A stretch of 64,000 nt of DNA from an uncultured Candidatus Saccharimonas sp. (GTDB lineage Bacteria > Patescibacteriota > Saccharimonadia > Saccharimonadales > OMJO01), in contig CALRAM010000002.1 in assembly GCA_943353165.1 (NCBI GenBank), positions 1,716 to 65,715 on the forward strand, written 5' to 3'. Under the pieces are notes generated by a model. It ran no database searches. It had not been told where the DNA came from and was given only the letters and a program-made list of their open reading frames with translations. Positions 9,385-18,155 of this stretch are shown piece after piece (the stretch's first letter is position 1; every line of letters begins with the position of its first letter). The position numbers and the translations under genes are program-made.

Positions 9385-11245
9385 GTTTCTTTTTCCACGA
9401 GCCATGAGCGCGCAGGGCATTTATGATGACTGTTATATCCACCAGCTCCTGTATGGATGCACCATAGACTGGCTTGAATTTGCCAGTGGCAAAAATGCCC
9501 ATCAACCCGACGCTGATGAATATACCCATCAGTATGCTCTGCTTTGCTATAAATAGCGTTCGCTTGGATACTTCTACGGCTGTGGCTACTTTGGATATGT
9601 CATCTAGCATTATTACTACGTCTGCTGATTCGCTGGCAGCAGTGGATCCGCGTGCACCCAGCGCTATGCCGACATCAGAAGCTGTCAGCACAGGAGCGTC
9701 GTTTACGCCATCACCCACGAAGGCAACGGGTTTGTGGGTTACTTTTTCTATGGCGCGTAATTTGTCTACGGGCAAACAGTTGGCGGTAACATCAGTAATG
9801 CCCAGCTCTTTGGCTATAGAGTTTGCAGTTGCCTCGTTGTCGCCCGTGACCATCAGCGTATGGTGAATGCCCAGCGCGCGTAATTTTGCTAGCATACCAG
9901 AGCTCTCTGGGCGTAGCTCGTCGTAAAACATAATGATGCCGGCAAGTTTCTGATTTATAGCTACAAATGTTGCTGTTTGCTTCGGCAATTGAGAGCTTAG
10001 CTTTTTAGGGATTTCTACATTTTGGTCTTCTAGTAGACTCAATCGTCCAACCAGAATAGATTTTCCGTCCAACCTACCGGATAGCCCACGTCCAGACAAT
10101 TCCTTTACTTGTTTGGCTTTTTTGAGTTTTGACCCAGCATCTAGGGCAGCCTGTACTATGGCTTTTGCCAGTACATGGGTAGAGCTCTGCTCTAAGGCGG
10201 CAGCGGCTATCAATATGTCAGAACGGCTGTAGTCAGCGTATACTTTTACATCTTTGACTACCGGTTGTCCTCTTGTCAGGGTGCCTGTTTTGTCAAATGC
10301 GACAGTTTTTATGACGGCTAGTCGTTCCATTGCCGCACCTGTTTTTATGATGATACCGTGTTTTGCCGCTCGGCTCATACCAGAAATGAGTGCTATGGGC
10401 GCGCCTATCAGTAACGGGCACGGTGTCGCCACTACCAATACTTCTAGAAATCGTATGGATTCCCCAGAGATAGCCCACGCCGCACCGGCAATGATAAACG
10501 ATACGGCCGTAAACGGTATGCTGTAGCGGTCGGCTAGCCGCACAAAGGGCGAATTAGCTGACGAAGCAGATTTGACCAATTTTATTATCTGTTCGTACTG
10601 GCTGTCCGCTGCGGTATGTAGGGCTCTAGCTGTTATGGCGCCTTCGATATTTATAGAGCCACTCAGTAGTTGGTCGTTGATGTCTTTGGTGATCGGCAAA
10701 CTTTCGCCTGTCAGGCTTGACTCGTCAAAGCTGGAATTGCCTTCTAAAATAATGCAATCCACAGGTACTACTTCGCCGGGGTATATGACTATTTTGGACC
10801 CAACTGCAACCAGAGATACGGCCACATCTAGTGTTTTGTTGCCTTTTATTAGGTGGGCTTTTTTGGGTTTTTGGTTTAGCAGGGATGTCAGTTCTGTTTT
10901 TGCTCGTTTTTCGGCAAAATCTTCTAGGGCTTCTCCGCCTGTTAGCATCAGTACTATTATCATGCCGGCCCAGTATTCCTTCATCAGCACAGAAACCACT
11001 ATGGCCGTGATAGCCAGCAAGTCTAGACCGTATTTGCCGCTACGCAAATCTTCTATCATCCCCCAGCCCAAAGGCAATATGCTAATCAATGCAGTAGCGC
11101 TAATCAGTATATGTGCCCATCCGCTGTTGCCTGTCAGTGACAGTATCAGAGAAGCCAGTGCGGCCACCAGAACTATGCCCAGCTGTTTGTAATTACCAAA
11201 AAAAGCCCGCGTTTTTTTGAACAATTTGTTTTTTGCAAATAACAT
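9350..11245 (-). CDS. Heavy-metal translocating P1B-type ATPase (no N-terminal metal-binding domain)
   Basis: TGES, DKTGTLT, MVTGDN and GDGVNDAP motifs, with membrane motif VATPCPLL. No CxxC HMA domain at the N-terminus. The 3' end overlaps the convergent upstream gene by 35 nt. Confidence 0.9.
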   Translation of the reverse strand: MLFAKNKLFKKTRAFFGNYKQLGIVLVAALASLILSLTGNSGWAHILISATALISILPLGWGMIEDLRSGKYGLDLLAITAIVVSVLMKEYWAGMIIVLMLTGGEALEDFAEKRAKTELTSLLNQKPKKAHLIKGNKTLDVAVSLVAVGSKIVIYPGEVVPVDCIILEGNSSFDESSLTGESLPITKDINDQLLSGSINIEGAITARALHTAADSQYEQIIKLVKSASSANSPFVRLADRYSIPFTAVSFIIAGAAWAISGESIRFLEVLVVATPCPLLIGAPIALISGMSRAAKHGIIIKTGAAMERLAVIKTVAFDKTGTLTRGQPVVKDVKVYADYSRSDILIAAAALEQSSTHVLAKAIVQAALDAGSKLKKAKQVKELSGRGLSGRLDGKSILVGRLSLLEDQNVEIPKKLSSQLPKQTATFVAINQKLAGIIMFYDELRPESSGMLAKLRALGIHHTLMVTGDNEATANSIAKELGITDVTANCLPVDKLRAIEKVTHKPVAFVGDGVNDAPVLTASDVGIALGARGSTAASESADVVIMLDDISKVATAVEVSKRTLFIAKQSILMGIFISVGLMGIFATGKFKPVYGASIQELVDITVIINALRAHGSWKKKPRLVAKQQLTV

Positions 11246-11302
11246 ATGTACTAATTATAACAGAGATAATCTGATATAATAGCAACGTTCTGTTATGTTT
11301 GT

Positions 11303-11377
11303 GCGGGATTCGTATAACGGTTAATATATAAGTTTTCCAAACTTAGGACGGGGTTTCGACTACCCCATCCCGCACCA
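11303..11377 (+). tRNA. tRNA-Gly (anticodon TCC), CCA encoded
   Basis: Hand-folded. Acceptor GCGGGAT/ATCCCGC, anticodon stem TAAGT/ACTTA with loop TTTCCAA, T-arm GGGGT TTCGACT ACCCC. Confidence 0.85.
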
Positions 11378-11380
11378 ATT

Positions 11381-11457
11381 GCCCCGGTAGCTCATCTGGA
11401 TAGAGCAGGAGACTTCTAAGCTCAAGGTAGTAGGTTCAAGTCCTACCCGGGGCACCA
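11381..11457 (+). tRNA. tRNA-Arg (anticodon TCT), CCA encoded
   Basis: Acceptor GCCCCGG/CCGGGGC, D-arm GCTC..GAGC, loop CTTCTAA, T-arm GTAGG TTCAAGT CCTAC. The anticodon stem GGAGA/GCTCA has only 3 Watson-Crick pairs. Confidence 0.75.
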
Positions 11458-11499
11458 TTGAATATATGTGGTGCATATAGTATAATCACCCCTGTTCGT

Positions 11500-11577
11500 G
11501 GTGCTTGTAGCTCAGTTGGTTAGAGCGCCGGGTTGTGGTTCCGGAGGTCGGGAGTTCAATTCTCCTCAAGCACCCCA
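11500..11577 (+). tRNA. tRNA-His (anticodon GTG) with encoded G-1, CCA encoded
   Basis: Acceptor GTGCTTG/CAAGCAC, preceded by G (11500) opposite discriminator C. Anticodon stem CCGGG/TCCGG with loop TTGTGGT, T-arm GGGAG TTCAATT CTCCT. Confidence 0.9.
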
Positions 11578-11633
11578 AATTATGATGATCCCTGAATGGG
11601 GTCATTTTAATTTTCTAGGGTATTATTACAAAA

Positions 11634-13154
11634 TTACAAATCGTGAGTTACTGTGATTTTTGCGCCTAGGCTGTTTAATCTATCTGCCAGATCTTCGTAT
11701 CCACGGTTGATGGTGTAGACATTGCGTAGTACGGAAGTCCCTGACGCAGCCAGCATACCAATCAGCAACATCACGGCCGGTCGGATGCCACTAGGGCAGG
11801 TAACATCGGCTGATTTCCAACGGGTTGGTCCATTTATATAGACACGGTGCGGGTCGGCTAGCTCCAGGTCTACGCCTATCTTTTTTATTTCTGTAAACAT
11901 CAGCGCTCTATCTTCGTATATCCAGTCGTGTATCAGCGTCCGACCTTTTGCGACCGCACAAATAGGCACAAAATACGGTAGATGGTCAATGTTTAATCCT
12001 GGATAAACACTGGGGTGGAGCTTTTCTTTTGGGGCTATTAGTTGGTGGTGTTTGTGGATTTTTAGGTCCACCAGGTCGGTTTTGCCGTTGTTTGCCTTGT
12101 AGATAGGAGATGCGTCGTATCTGAGTCCCATTTTTTCTAGTTTTAGTAGCTCTAATTCCATAAAATCTATTGGCACACGTCGTATGGTAATAGCCGAATT
12201 GGTGGTTATGGCTGCTGCCACAAAGGTCATGGCTTCTACTGGGTCCTCGCTGGGATAATAAATGACATTTTTCTTTATGTTTTTGACCCCCTGGACTACA
12301 AGAGTAGAAGTTCCAATGCCGTCAATTTTTACGCCTAGCTTTTGTAGAAAAAAACAGATGTCTTGGACCATATAGTTGGCGCTGGCCATCTTTATGGTAG
12401 TTGTGCCGTCTATGCACGCAGCTGCCATCAGGATATTTTCTGTGGTGGTATCGCCAGATTCATACAGAACTATCGGTCTTTTGGCGGGGCGGGCTTTGAC
12501 GGATACATTGTAGTGTCCGCTTTTTGTGCTAACATTTACACCTAATTCTTCCAGAGCGTACAGATGGGGCAAAACGGTTCGTTTTCCTAGTTTGCAACCA
12601 CCTGCATAGGGGATTTGGAACTCTTTGAAATAATGCATAAGTGGACCCAGCAGCATAATTACACTGCGTGTTCGGCGAGCGGCTTCTTTGTTCATCTTTG
12701 CCAGATTGATAGTGGCGGGCGGCTTTATCTCTAGGTCGTTTCCGTTCATCCAGCGTATTTTTACACCTATACTTTCCAATACTTCTATAATTCTGTTTAC
12801 TTCTTCTATGCGGGCAACATTTAGCAGTTTGGTGGTGCCACGGTTTAGTAACGATGCGCAAAGCAAGGCCACGGCCGCGTTTTTGCTGGTTTTTATGGAT
12901 ATCTCTCCCCGAAGTTCGTGCCCTCCTTCTATCTGCAAGTTAATCGTAGAGCTCTCTCCGATACTAATTATTGTTTTGTTTAGTACCTCGCTGATACGAC
13001 CCAGAGTTTCCAGCGACAGATTTTGTTTGCCGTGTTCTATGCGGTTGACTGCCGACTGACTGGTGTGCATTCGGCGAGCAAACTCGGCCTGAGTCATATT
13101 GCGTTCTTGTCGTATCTGAGTTATTAATCGACCTATTTTTTCGTTTGTTTTCAT
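11634..13154 (-). CDS. murA: XRE-family HTH domain fused to UDP-N-acetylglucosamine 1-carboxyvinyltransferase (MurA)
   Basis: Residues 1-66 form an XRE HTH (IRQERNMTQAEFARRMHTSQSAVNRIEHGKQNLSLETL). The rest is a full-length MurA (KNAAVALLCASLL; active-site loop PYAGGCKLGKRTVLPH retains the Cys). The ATG at 13154 gives MKTNEK; the track ORF extends to 13190. Confidence 0.85.
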   Translation of the reverse strand: MKTNEKIGRLITQIRQERNMTQAEFARRMHTSQSAVNRIEHGKQNLSLETLGRISEVLNKTIISIGESSTINLQIEGGHELRGEISIKTSKNAAVALLCASLLNRGTTKLLNVARIEEVNRIIEVLESIGVKIRWMNGNDLEIKPPATINLAKMNKEAARRTRSVIMLLGPLMHYFKEFQIPYAGGCKLGKRTVLPHLYALEELGVNVSTKSGHYNVSVKARPAKRPIVLYESGDTTTENILMAAACIDGTTTIKMASANYMVQDICFFLQKLGVKIDGIGTSTLVVQGVKNIKKNVIYYPSEDPVEAMTFVAAAITTNSAITIRRVPIDFMELELLKLEKMGLRYDASPIYKANNGKTDLVDLKIHKHHQLIAPKEKLHPSVYPGLNIDHLPYFVPICAVAKGRTLIHDWIYEDRALMFTEIKKIGVDLELADPHRVYINGPTRWKSADVTCPSGIRPAVMLLIGMLAASGTSVLRNVYTINRGYEDLADRLNSLGAKITVTHDL

Positions 13155-13272
13155 ATTTGTACTAAAAATTATACCACGCACGATATACAAAGCAATACGG
13201 CCGCTAGGCGTGCTAAAATAGGAGTAGACTAGTACATAGACCAGAAAAAAATTAAAGCAGGGGATTGTTTAG

Positions 13273-14532
13273 ATGAAAGACAAGGCAATAGAAAAACTTA
13301 TAAAGCTAGAAACTAGCAGACAGCTAGAGGGTCTGGAAATGATTCCCAGCGAAAACCACACGTCTGTAGATGTTTTGCAGGCACTAGGGTCTAGACTGAC
13401 AGACAAATACTCCGAGGGCTACCCTGGCATGCGCTACTATGGCGGCTGTGAATATGTAGACCAGATAGAAAACTTGGCCCGAGACAGAGCAAAGGAATTG
13501 TTTGGCTGCACACACGCCAATGTCCAGCCACACTCTGGCGGACCAGCCAATTTGGCGGCATTTTATGCATTGCTAGATCCGGGCGATACGTTGATGGGAC
13601 TGGCACTGCCACACGGCGGGCATATGACTCACGGATTGAAGCTGAATTTTTCTAGTACTTTTTATAAAAGTGTCCAATACCATGTAACTCCAGAGGGCAT
13701 CATAGACATAGACCAGATGTACAAACTGGCAAAAGAGCACAAACCAAAGCTGATTATTGCGGGCGGCAGCGCCTATCCCAGAATTTATGAATGGGCAAAA
13801 TACAAAGAAATTGCGGACTCGGTGGGGGCATACTTGCTAGCCGATATGAGCCATGTGGGTGGGTTAGTTGCCGGCGGTGTATATCCTAGTCCTATTGGAA
13901 TTGCGGATGTAGTGACAACTACCACCCACAAGACTCTTCGTGGACCACGCGGGGCCATGATACTGTGCAATGGGTTGCCGTCCAATCCATTAAAAAAGCC
14001 AGAGCGAACCAGAGAAAACCTGCCATCGCTGATTGACCGCGCTATTATACCCGGATTGCAGGGCGGACCACACAACCATCAGACCGCGGGCATAGCCATA
14101 GCTTTGCGCGAGGCTATGCAGCCGGCGTTTAGGCAATACGCCAGTCAGGTTATCAAAAATGCTAAAGTCTTAGCCTCTGAACTGTTGGCCAGGGATTATA
14201 AATTAGTCAGTGGCGGTACAGATTCACATTTGGTATTGCTGGACCTTTCTGATAAAAATATTAGTGGCAACCAAGCAGAGTCGGCACTAGGAAAAGCAGG
14301 GATTACTGTAAACAAAAATTCTGTACCGTACGATACGCGGTCGGCATTTGACCCCAGTGGCATACGATTGGGTACGCCTGCATTAACTACGCGTGGTATG
14401 GCCGAAGCAGAGATGGTCCAAATAGTTAAATGGATAGATTTAGCGATAAATAATTCTACGGATGATAAATTACTTTACAAGTTAAGTGATGAAATAAAAG
14501 ATTTCGCCCTCAAGTTCCCATTGCCCCAGTAG
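13273..14532 (+). CDS. glyA: Serine hydroxymethyltransferase
   Basis: 419 aa. PLP-lysine motif VVTTTTHKTLRGPRG, plus SENHTS and YYGGCEYVD motifs. Confidence 0.95.
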   Translation: MKDKAIEKLIKLETSRQLEGLEMIPSENHTSVDVLQALGSRLTDKYSEGYPGMRYYGGCEYVDQIENLARDRAKELFGCTHANVQPHSGGPANLAAFYALLDPGDTLMGLALPHGGHMTHGLKLNFSSTFYKSVQYHVTPEGIIDIDQMYKLAKEHKPKLIIAGGSAYPRIYEWAKYKEIADSVGAYLLADMSHVGGLVAGGVYPSPIGIADVVTTTTHKTLRGPRGAMILCNGLPSNPLKKPERTRENLPSLIDRAIIPGLQGGPHNHQTAGIAIALREAMQPAFRQYASQVIKNAKVLASELLARDYKLVSGGTDSHLVLLDLSDKNISGNQAESALGKAGITVNKNSVPYDTRSAFDPSGIRLGTPALTTRGMAEAEMVQIVKWIDLAINNSTDDKLLYKLSDEIKDFALKFPLPQ

Positions 14533-14534
14533 AG

Positions 14535-15155
14535 TTATTTTTTGTGGCGTTTATTGGAAAGGTTTATTGCTAGATATATCCCGAGTGCTGTGCCTATGAC
14601 CGTTTCGCCGATGCGTATCAATGATGACTGAATTTTTTCTATTTGCTCTCTGGTTGCCATTTTTTCTATGGCGATAGGTGTTCGGGAAAAGTAGTCCATA
14701 TCTTTTTCCATGTTTACCATGTGGTATTCAAATATTTTCTGCACGGCGTCCTCGGGGCTATCGTAGTAGTCCATCATTTGACTTATCTGCGTAGCGATTA
14801 GGGTTTCATCTGGGTAGCCCACTCTGAATAATCTTTCTTCTGGCGGTTCGCACAGTTTGTTTAGGAATTCTACTCGTCGCTTGTCGTCGTCTACCAATAT
14901 GCTGGCCATCAAGCCGGCCTTTTCTTCGACTGGATATTCCTCTGATTCGGACACAAAAATTAGGGCGTTTCTAATGGACTCGGACAGGGCGCCTATCTGA
15001 TCATCGACAGATTCCATGGATTTGGCGGTGCCCTTGTTTATAAAGTACGTAGCCGAATTCTCGAACTGGGTGGTTTGGGCTTGGACGATTTCTAGCATAT
15101 CGTGCAGATTTGGCTCTTCTGGCTCATAAAAAATCTCGGGGTTATTTTCAAACAT
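14535..15155 (-). CDS. Hypothetical protein with C-terminal TM anchor
   Basis: 206 aa acidic protein with a C-terminal hydrophobic segment (VIGTALGIYLAINL) plus KRHKK. No recognisable family. Confidence 0.5.
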   Translation of the reverse strand: MFENNPEIFYEPEEPNLHDMLEIVQAQTTQFENSATYFINKGTAKSMESVDDQIGALSESIRNALIFVSESEEYPVEEKAGLMASILVDDDKRRVEFLNKLCEPPEERLFRVGYPDETLIATQISQMMDYYDSPEDAVQKIFEYHMVNMEKDMDYFSRTPIAIEKMATREQIEKIQSSLIRIGETVIGTALGIYLAINLSNKRHKK

Positions 15156-15219
15156 TTGAACATTTTACCACAATATTTACGGTACGGCACACAGATGAGT
15201 TGGTACATTTTGGTTATGT

Positions 15220-16269
15220 TTATTTTTCTACAACGGGATGGGCCCCAATGGTTTCTGGCTCTTGTGTCAGCACTACGCCAAATTTTTGGTTTACTGCGTC
15301 CATAATCTTTTGCTTAAAAGCCATCAGGTCAGCAGTAGTTTTGGCGTGTTCGTTTACTAGCACCAGAGGTTGCGCCGCCCAAGTTGCCATGCCCGTGGCA
15401 GGGTCGTGGGCATCTGCGTAGCCAGCATGTTCTATCAGCCAGGCAGCGGATAGTTTGAATTCTGCGCCGTTTTCCCAGTGCGCTATTTTTGGATAATCTT
15501 TTATTAGCTGGGCCATTTTTTCTTTTTTGACTATGGGATTTTTGAAAAACGAGCCGTTATTGTTTACCACGCTGGGGTCAGGCAATTTTATGCGACGAAT
15601 GGCCATGACGGCATCGCGGATAGCTGGTGTGGTTATGTCGGAGATGCCGTTTTGTTCAAAATATTCAGCCAGCGAAGCATAAAACGGAGGCTTTGGAGCG
15701 TCTTTTGTGACATGAAAAGTTACGCTGGTGATATAGAATCTACCCTTGTCCTTGCCGTTAAAACGACTGCTCCTGTAGCCAAACTGGCAATCCGATGCCT
15801 TCAGGGTGACCAATTGTCGCAGATTGTTGTCGTAGGCCTCTAGGGACGACAGGGTTTCGGACACATCACGGCCATAGGCACCGACATTTTGGACAGGAGT
15901 ACCACCTGTAGTGCCAGGCACGGCGGACAGTTCCGCCAAGCCCCCGTAGCCGTCGTCTACGGTTCGTTTGACCACGCTGTCCCAGTTTTCGCCAGAACCT
16001 ATGGTGTAATAGGCATTGTTTTCATCTGGTTTTTGGACATCAATTCCTAGTATTTTGTTTACTAGCACCAGACCGTCAAAGCCCGCATCTGTCCAGACGA
16101 TGTTGCTGCCAGTGCCTATCATTATGACTGACAAATTACGCTCTTTTGCCCAGTCTACCGCTGGGCCAATCATTTTGGCGTCAGTGATGTCCAGCAAGTA
16201 TTTGGCGTTTCCGCCCAGTCGCATAGTAGAATATTCTGCCAGCGACACATTCGAATGTGGATGGATCAC
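15220..16269 (-). CDS. murB: UDP-N-acetylenolpyruvoylglucosamine reductase (MurB)
   Basis: 349 aa. FAD-binding N-terminus (STMRLGGNAKY, IGTGSN), SAVPGTTGGTPVQNVGAYG, and a C-terminal substrate domain (GSFFKNP). Confidence 0.9.
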   Translation of the reverse strand: MIHPHSNVSLAEYSTMRLGGNAKYLLDITDAKMIGPAVDWAKERNLSVIMIGTGSNIVWTDAGFDGLVLVNKILGIDVQKPDENNAYYTIGSGENWDSVVKRTVDDGYGGLAELSAVPGTTGGTPVQNVGAYGRDVSETLSSLEAYDNNLRQLVTLKASDCQFGYRSSRFNGKDKGRFYITSVTFHVTKDAPKPPFYASLAEYFEQNGISDITTPAIRDAVMAIRRIKLPDPSVVNNNGSFFKNPIVKKEKMAQLIKDYPKIAHWENGAEFKLSAAWLIEHAGYADAHDPATGMATWAAQPLVLVNEHAKTTADLMAFKQKIMDAVNQKFGVVLTQEPETIGAHPVVEK

Positions 16270-16901
16270 TTCTTGGTATCTTGCCGCTTGGCGTTATAGA
16301 TGTACAGCAGGCTAGCCAACAAAGTAATCCCATAAAAGTACCAGACTTTTTGGAACCAACCTGGTTGTTGCAAGTTTTTGCCCAGTTTCAGACCGTGTAC
16401 AAATATGGCTATAATGGCGACATCTGTGGCATAGACGATGTATTTCCACCAATTCTTTTTATCAAAAAATCTGCGTAGTTCATAGGCCAGAAAAATGCTC
16501 AGACCTAGTGTACCCAAGGCTGCCGCCCAGCGTAGAGTAGGGGCAACATAATGCGTCAGATAGCTGTTTGGTGGCAAACCGTAGCCATCACGCCACAGCT
16601 GGAACCACAGCAGGCTGGGATGTAGCAGTATGGCGACTAGTACCAACAGACTGGTTATCTGAAAGTACGTATTCAATACCTTTTTTTCCACACCTTTTAT
16701 CTGACGAAACACGCTGGCGGTGTAGTGCGACCACATTATGCTAAATGCTAGCAGTCCAAACAGTGGAAAAACCTGATAAACCAAACCTGCGTTGCCGTCA
16801 AAAGTCCACTTCAAACCCTGCCCCCAAGCCACTACAGCCAATATGACGGCTAGACTAGTGGTAGCCCAGGCAAAAAGCATTACTTTGGTTTTATCGGTCA
16901 T
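16266..16901 (-). CDS. Integral membrane protein (about 6 TM, conserved His residues; function unknown)
   Basis: 211 aa and hydrophobic, overlapping the murB start by 4 nt (operon). His in MWSHY, LLHPS and FVHGLK hints at a ferric-reductase/cytochrome-b-like fold, but this is not established. Confidence 0.5.
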   Translation of the reverse strand: MTDKTKVMLFAWATTSLAVILAVVAWGQGLKWTFDGNAGLVYQVFPLFGLLAFSIMWSHYTASVFRQIKGVEKKVLNTYFQITSLLVLVAILLHPSLLWFQLWRDGYGLPPNSYLTHYVAPTLRWAAALGTLGLSIFLAYELRRFFDKKNWWKYIVYATDVAIIAIFVHGLKLGKNLQQPGWFQKVWYFYGITLLASLLYIYNAKRQDTKK

Positions 16902-16993
16902 GCTTTGATTGTATAGAATTTTTGTACTTTTTCATAGTTGGCACAGCTTAAATAGTAGATACAAAAACCCCAGACTAGCTGGGGCTCTTGTAT

Positions 16994-17011
16994 TGGTGCG
17001 CCCGGACGGAT
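16994..17011 (-). repeat. 18-nt duplicate of the 3' end of tRNA-Arg(TCG)
   Basis: TGGTGCGCCCGGACGGAT is identical at 16994-17011 and at 17161-17178 (the 3' end of the tRNA on the minus strand). The copy lacks a T-loop and a 5' acceptor partner. Confidence 0.85.
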
Positions 17012-17120
17012 ATCGCCACCTTCGTGGCTCCTCCACTCAGCCATGCTCGGTGCAAGCACCTGTGCGTGACTTCGCTACGCCGAACCTGCGGCTCAAATCC
17101 GTGCTCGAAAGTTCGAGCTG

Positions 17121-17147
17121 AAATAAAAACCACTCTCGAAGGAGTGG
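17121..17147 (-). terminator. Rho-independent terminator after tRNA-Arg(TCG)
   Basis: Minus-sense hairpin CCACTC-CTTCGA-GAGTGG followed by TTTTTATTT. Confidence 0.6.
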
Positions 17148-17160
17148 CTTACATTTCACC

Positions 17161-17237
17161 TGGTGCGCCCGGACGGATTCGAACCGCCGACACCTGGTTC
17201 CGAAGACCAGTGCTCTAATCCGCTGAGCTACGGGCGC
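17161..17237 (-). tRNA. tRNA-Arg (anticodon TCG), CCA encoded
   Basis: The reverse complement folds with acceptor GCGCCCG/CGGGCGC, anticodon stem CTGGT/ACCAG with loop CTTCGGA, T-arm GGCGG TTCGAAT CCGTC. Confidence 0.9.
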
Positions 17238-17341
17238 AGAATACTTCATCAGATTACCATATCTGTTGGAGTGTGGCTATATGCTATATGTTGGAGAGGT
17301 CGGTTGCCAAATTGTAGTCTGGCCTCTATCCTTAGAGTGTA

Positions 17342-17821
17342 ATGATACATTTTATAGCAGCAATGGATAGCAAACGGGGTATTGCCACGGACGCTGGCAT
17401 ACCGTGGCAGGGGCAGGTGCCGGGAGATGTGGCGCAGTTTCGGGCAAAGACGCTACACAGCAACCTGTTGATGGGCAGTGGTTGGTACGCAGAGCAGAAA
17501 CTACCTTTGCCAGACAGACGCAACTTTGTAGCTACCAGCAATCCACAGCCTTTGCGTGAGGGGTTTGAACGCGTCAGCGATGCCAGAACCTTTCTGCAGC
17601 AGTTTGACGGCGATATGTGGGTCGGTGGCGGTGCAGGGTTGTTCGCCAGCACGCTGGACCTAGCCGACCAGTTGCATCTGACACATTTGGAGGGCGACTG
17701 GCACTGCACCAAGTTTTTTCCAGAGTTTATGGATCAATTTCAACTGGTCGAAAAATCCGAACCAATGACAGAAAACGACATAACATATTATTTTGCTAGA
17801 TATAGCAGACTACCGAACTAG
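17342..17821 (+). CDS. folA: Dihydrofolate reductase
   Basis: 159 aa. N-terminus MIHFIAAMDSKRGIATDAGIPW and the GGGAGLF glycine motif are typical of DHFR. Confidence 0.75.
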   Translation: MIHFIAAMDSKRGIATDAGIPWQGQVPGDVAQFRAKTLHSNLLMGSGWYAEQKLPLPDRRNFVATSNPQPLREGFERVSDARTFLQQFDGDMWVGGGAGLFASTLDLADQLHLTHLEGDWHCTKFFPEFMDQFQLVEKSEPMTENDITYYFARYSRLPN

Positions 17822-17833
17822 CTCATACCGCAT

Positions 17834-17896
17834 CTGTCCAAGGAGCCTCCTTGGACAATTGGAAAAAGGACGGAGCGTGGAAAGATGAGGGTGGGG
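17834..17896 (+). repeat. Repeat R2 copy a (palindrome plus GGACGGAGC..GGAA.GATGA module)
   Basis: CTGTCCAAGGAGCCTCCTTGGACA hairpin followed by AAAAAGGACGGAGCGTGGAAAGATGAGGGTGGGG. It is homologous to 21405-21460, and both copies lie just after a plus-strand stop codon. Confidence 0.8.
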
Positions 17897-17919
17897 TAGT
17901 TAGATTGGTTTTTGGCGGA

Positions 17920-18009
17920 GTGGGTGTAGCTCAGTTGGCGCCAGTTGTAGTGGCTAGATTGTCTGATCTCCAAAACCGAAGGCCGCGGGTTCAATGCCTG
18001 CCACCCCTG
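17920..18009 (+). pseudogene. Decayed tRNA-Trp-like pseudogene
   Basis: The 3' part is canonical (T-arm GCGGG TTCAATG CCTGC, acceptor CACCCCT, discriminator G) and a CTCCAAA anticodon loop (CCA) is present. However, the D-arm carries a ~16-nt insertion (CGCCAGTTGTAGTGGC), the anticodon stem does not pair, the acceptor has a mismatch and no CCA is encoded. Confidence 0.55.
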
Positions 18010-18155
18010 TCAAAGCACTTAGTTAGAGTTTTTAATCTGTGTTTGTAGGTTTTTCCATTGCTCATCTTTAGCACCTTGTATCTCCTGGGTTAGTTTTTTG
18101 AACTTATCTATATTTTCCTTGCTTTTTAGGTCAGGTATGGCTTCGATTTGCTTCT

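Noticed and set aside
16994-17160. Possible tmRNA, SRP RNA or long-arm tRNA, because the segment ends in a tRNA-like ...CGGGCGCACCA tail
   Set aside because: There is no T-loop, no complementary 5' acceptor strand and no SRP domain IV motif. A bona fide tmRNA was found at 51522-51929. The segment is treated as a tRNA-Arg 3'-end duplicate plus spacer.
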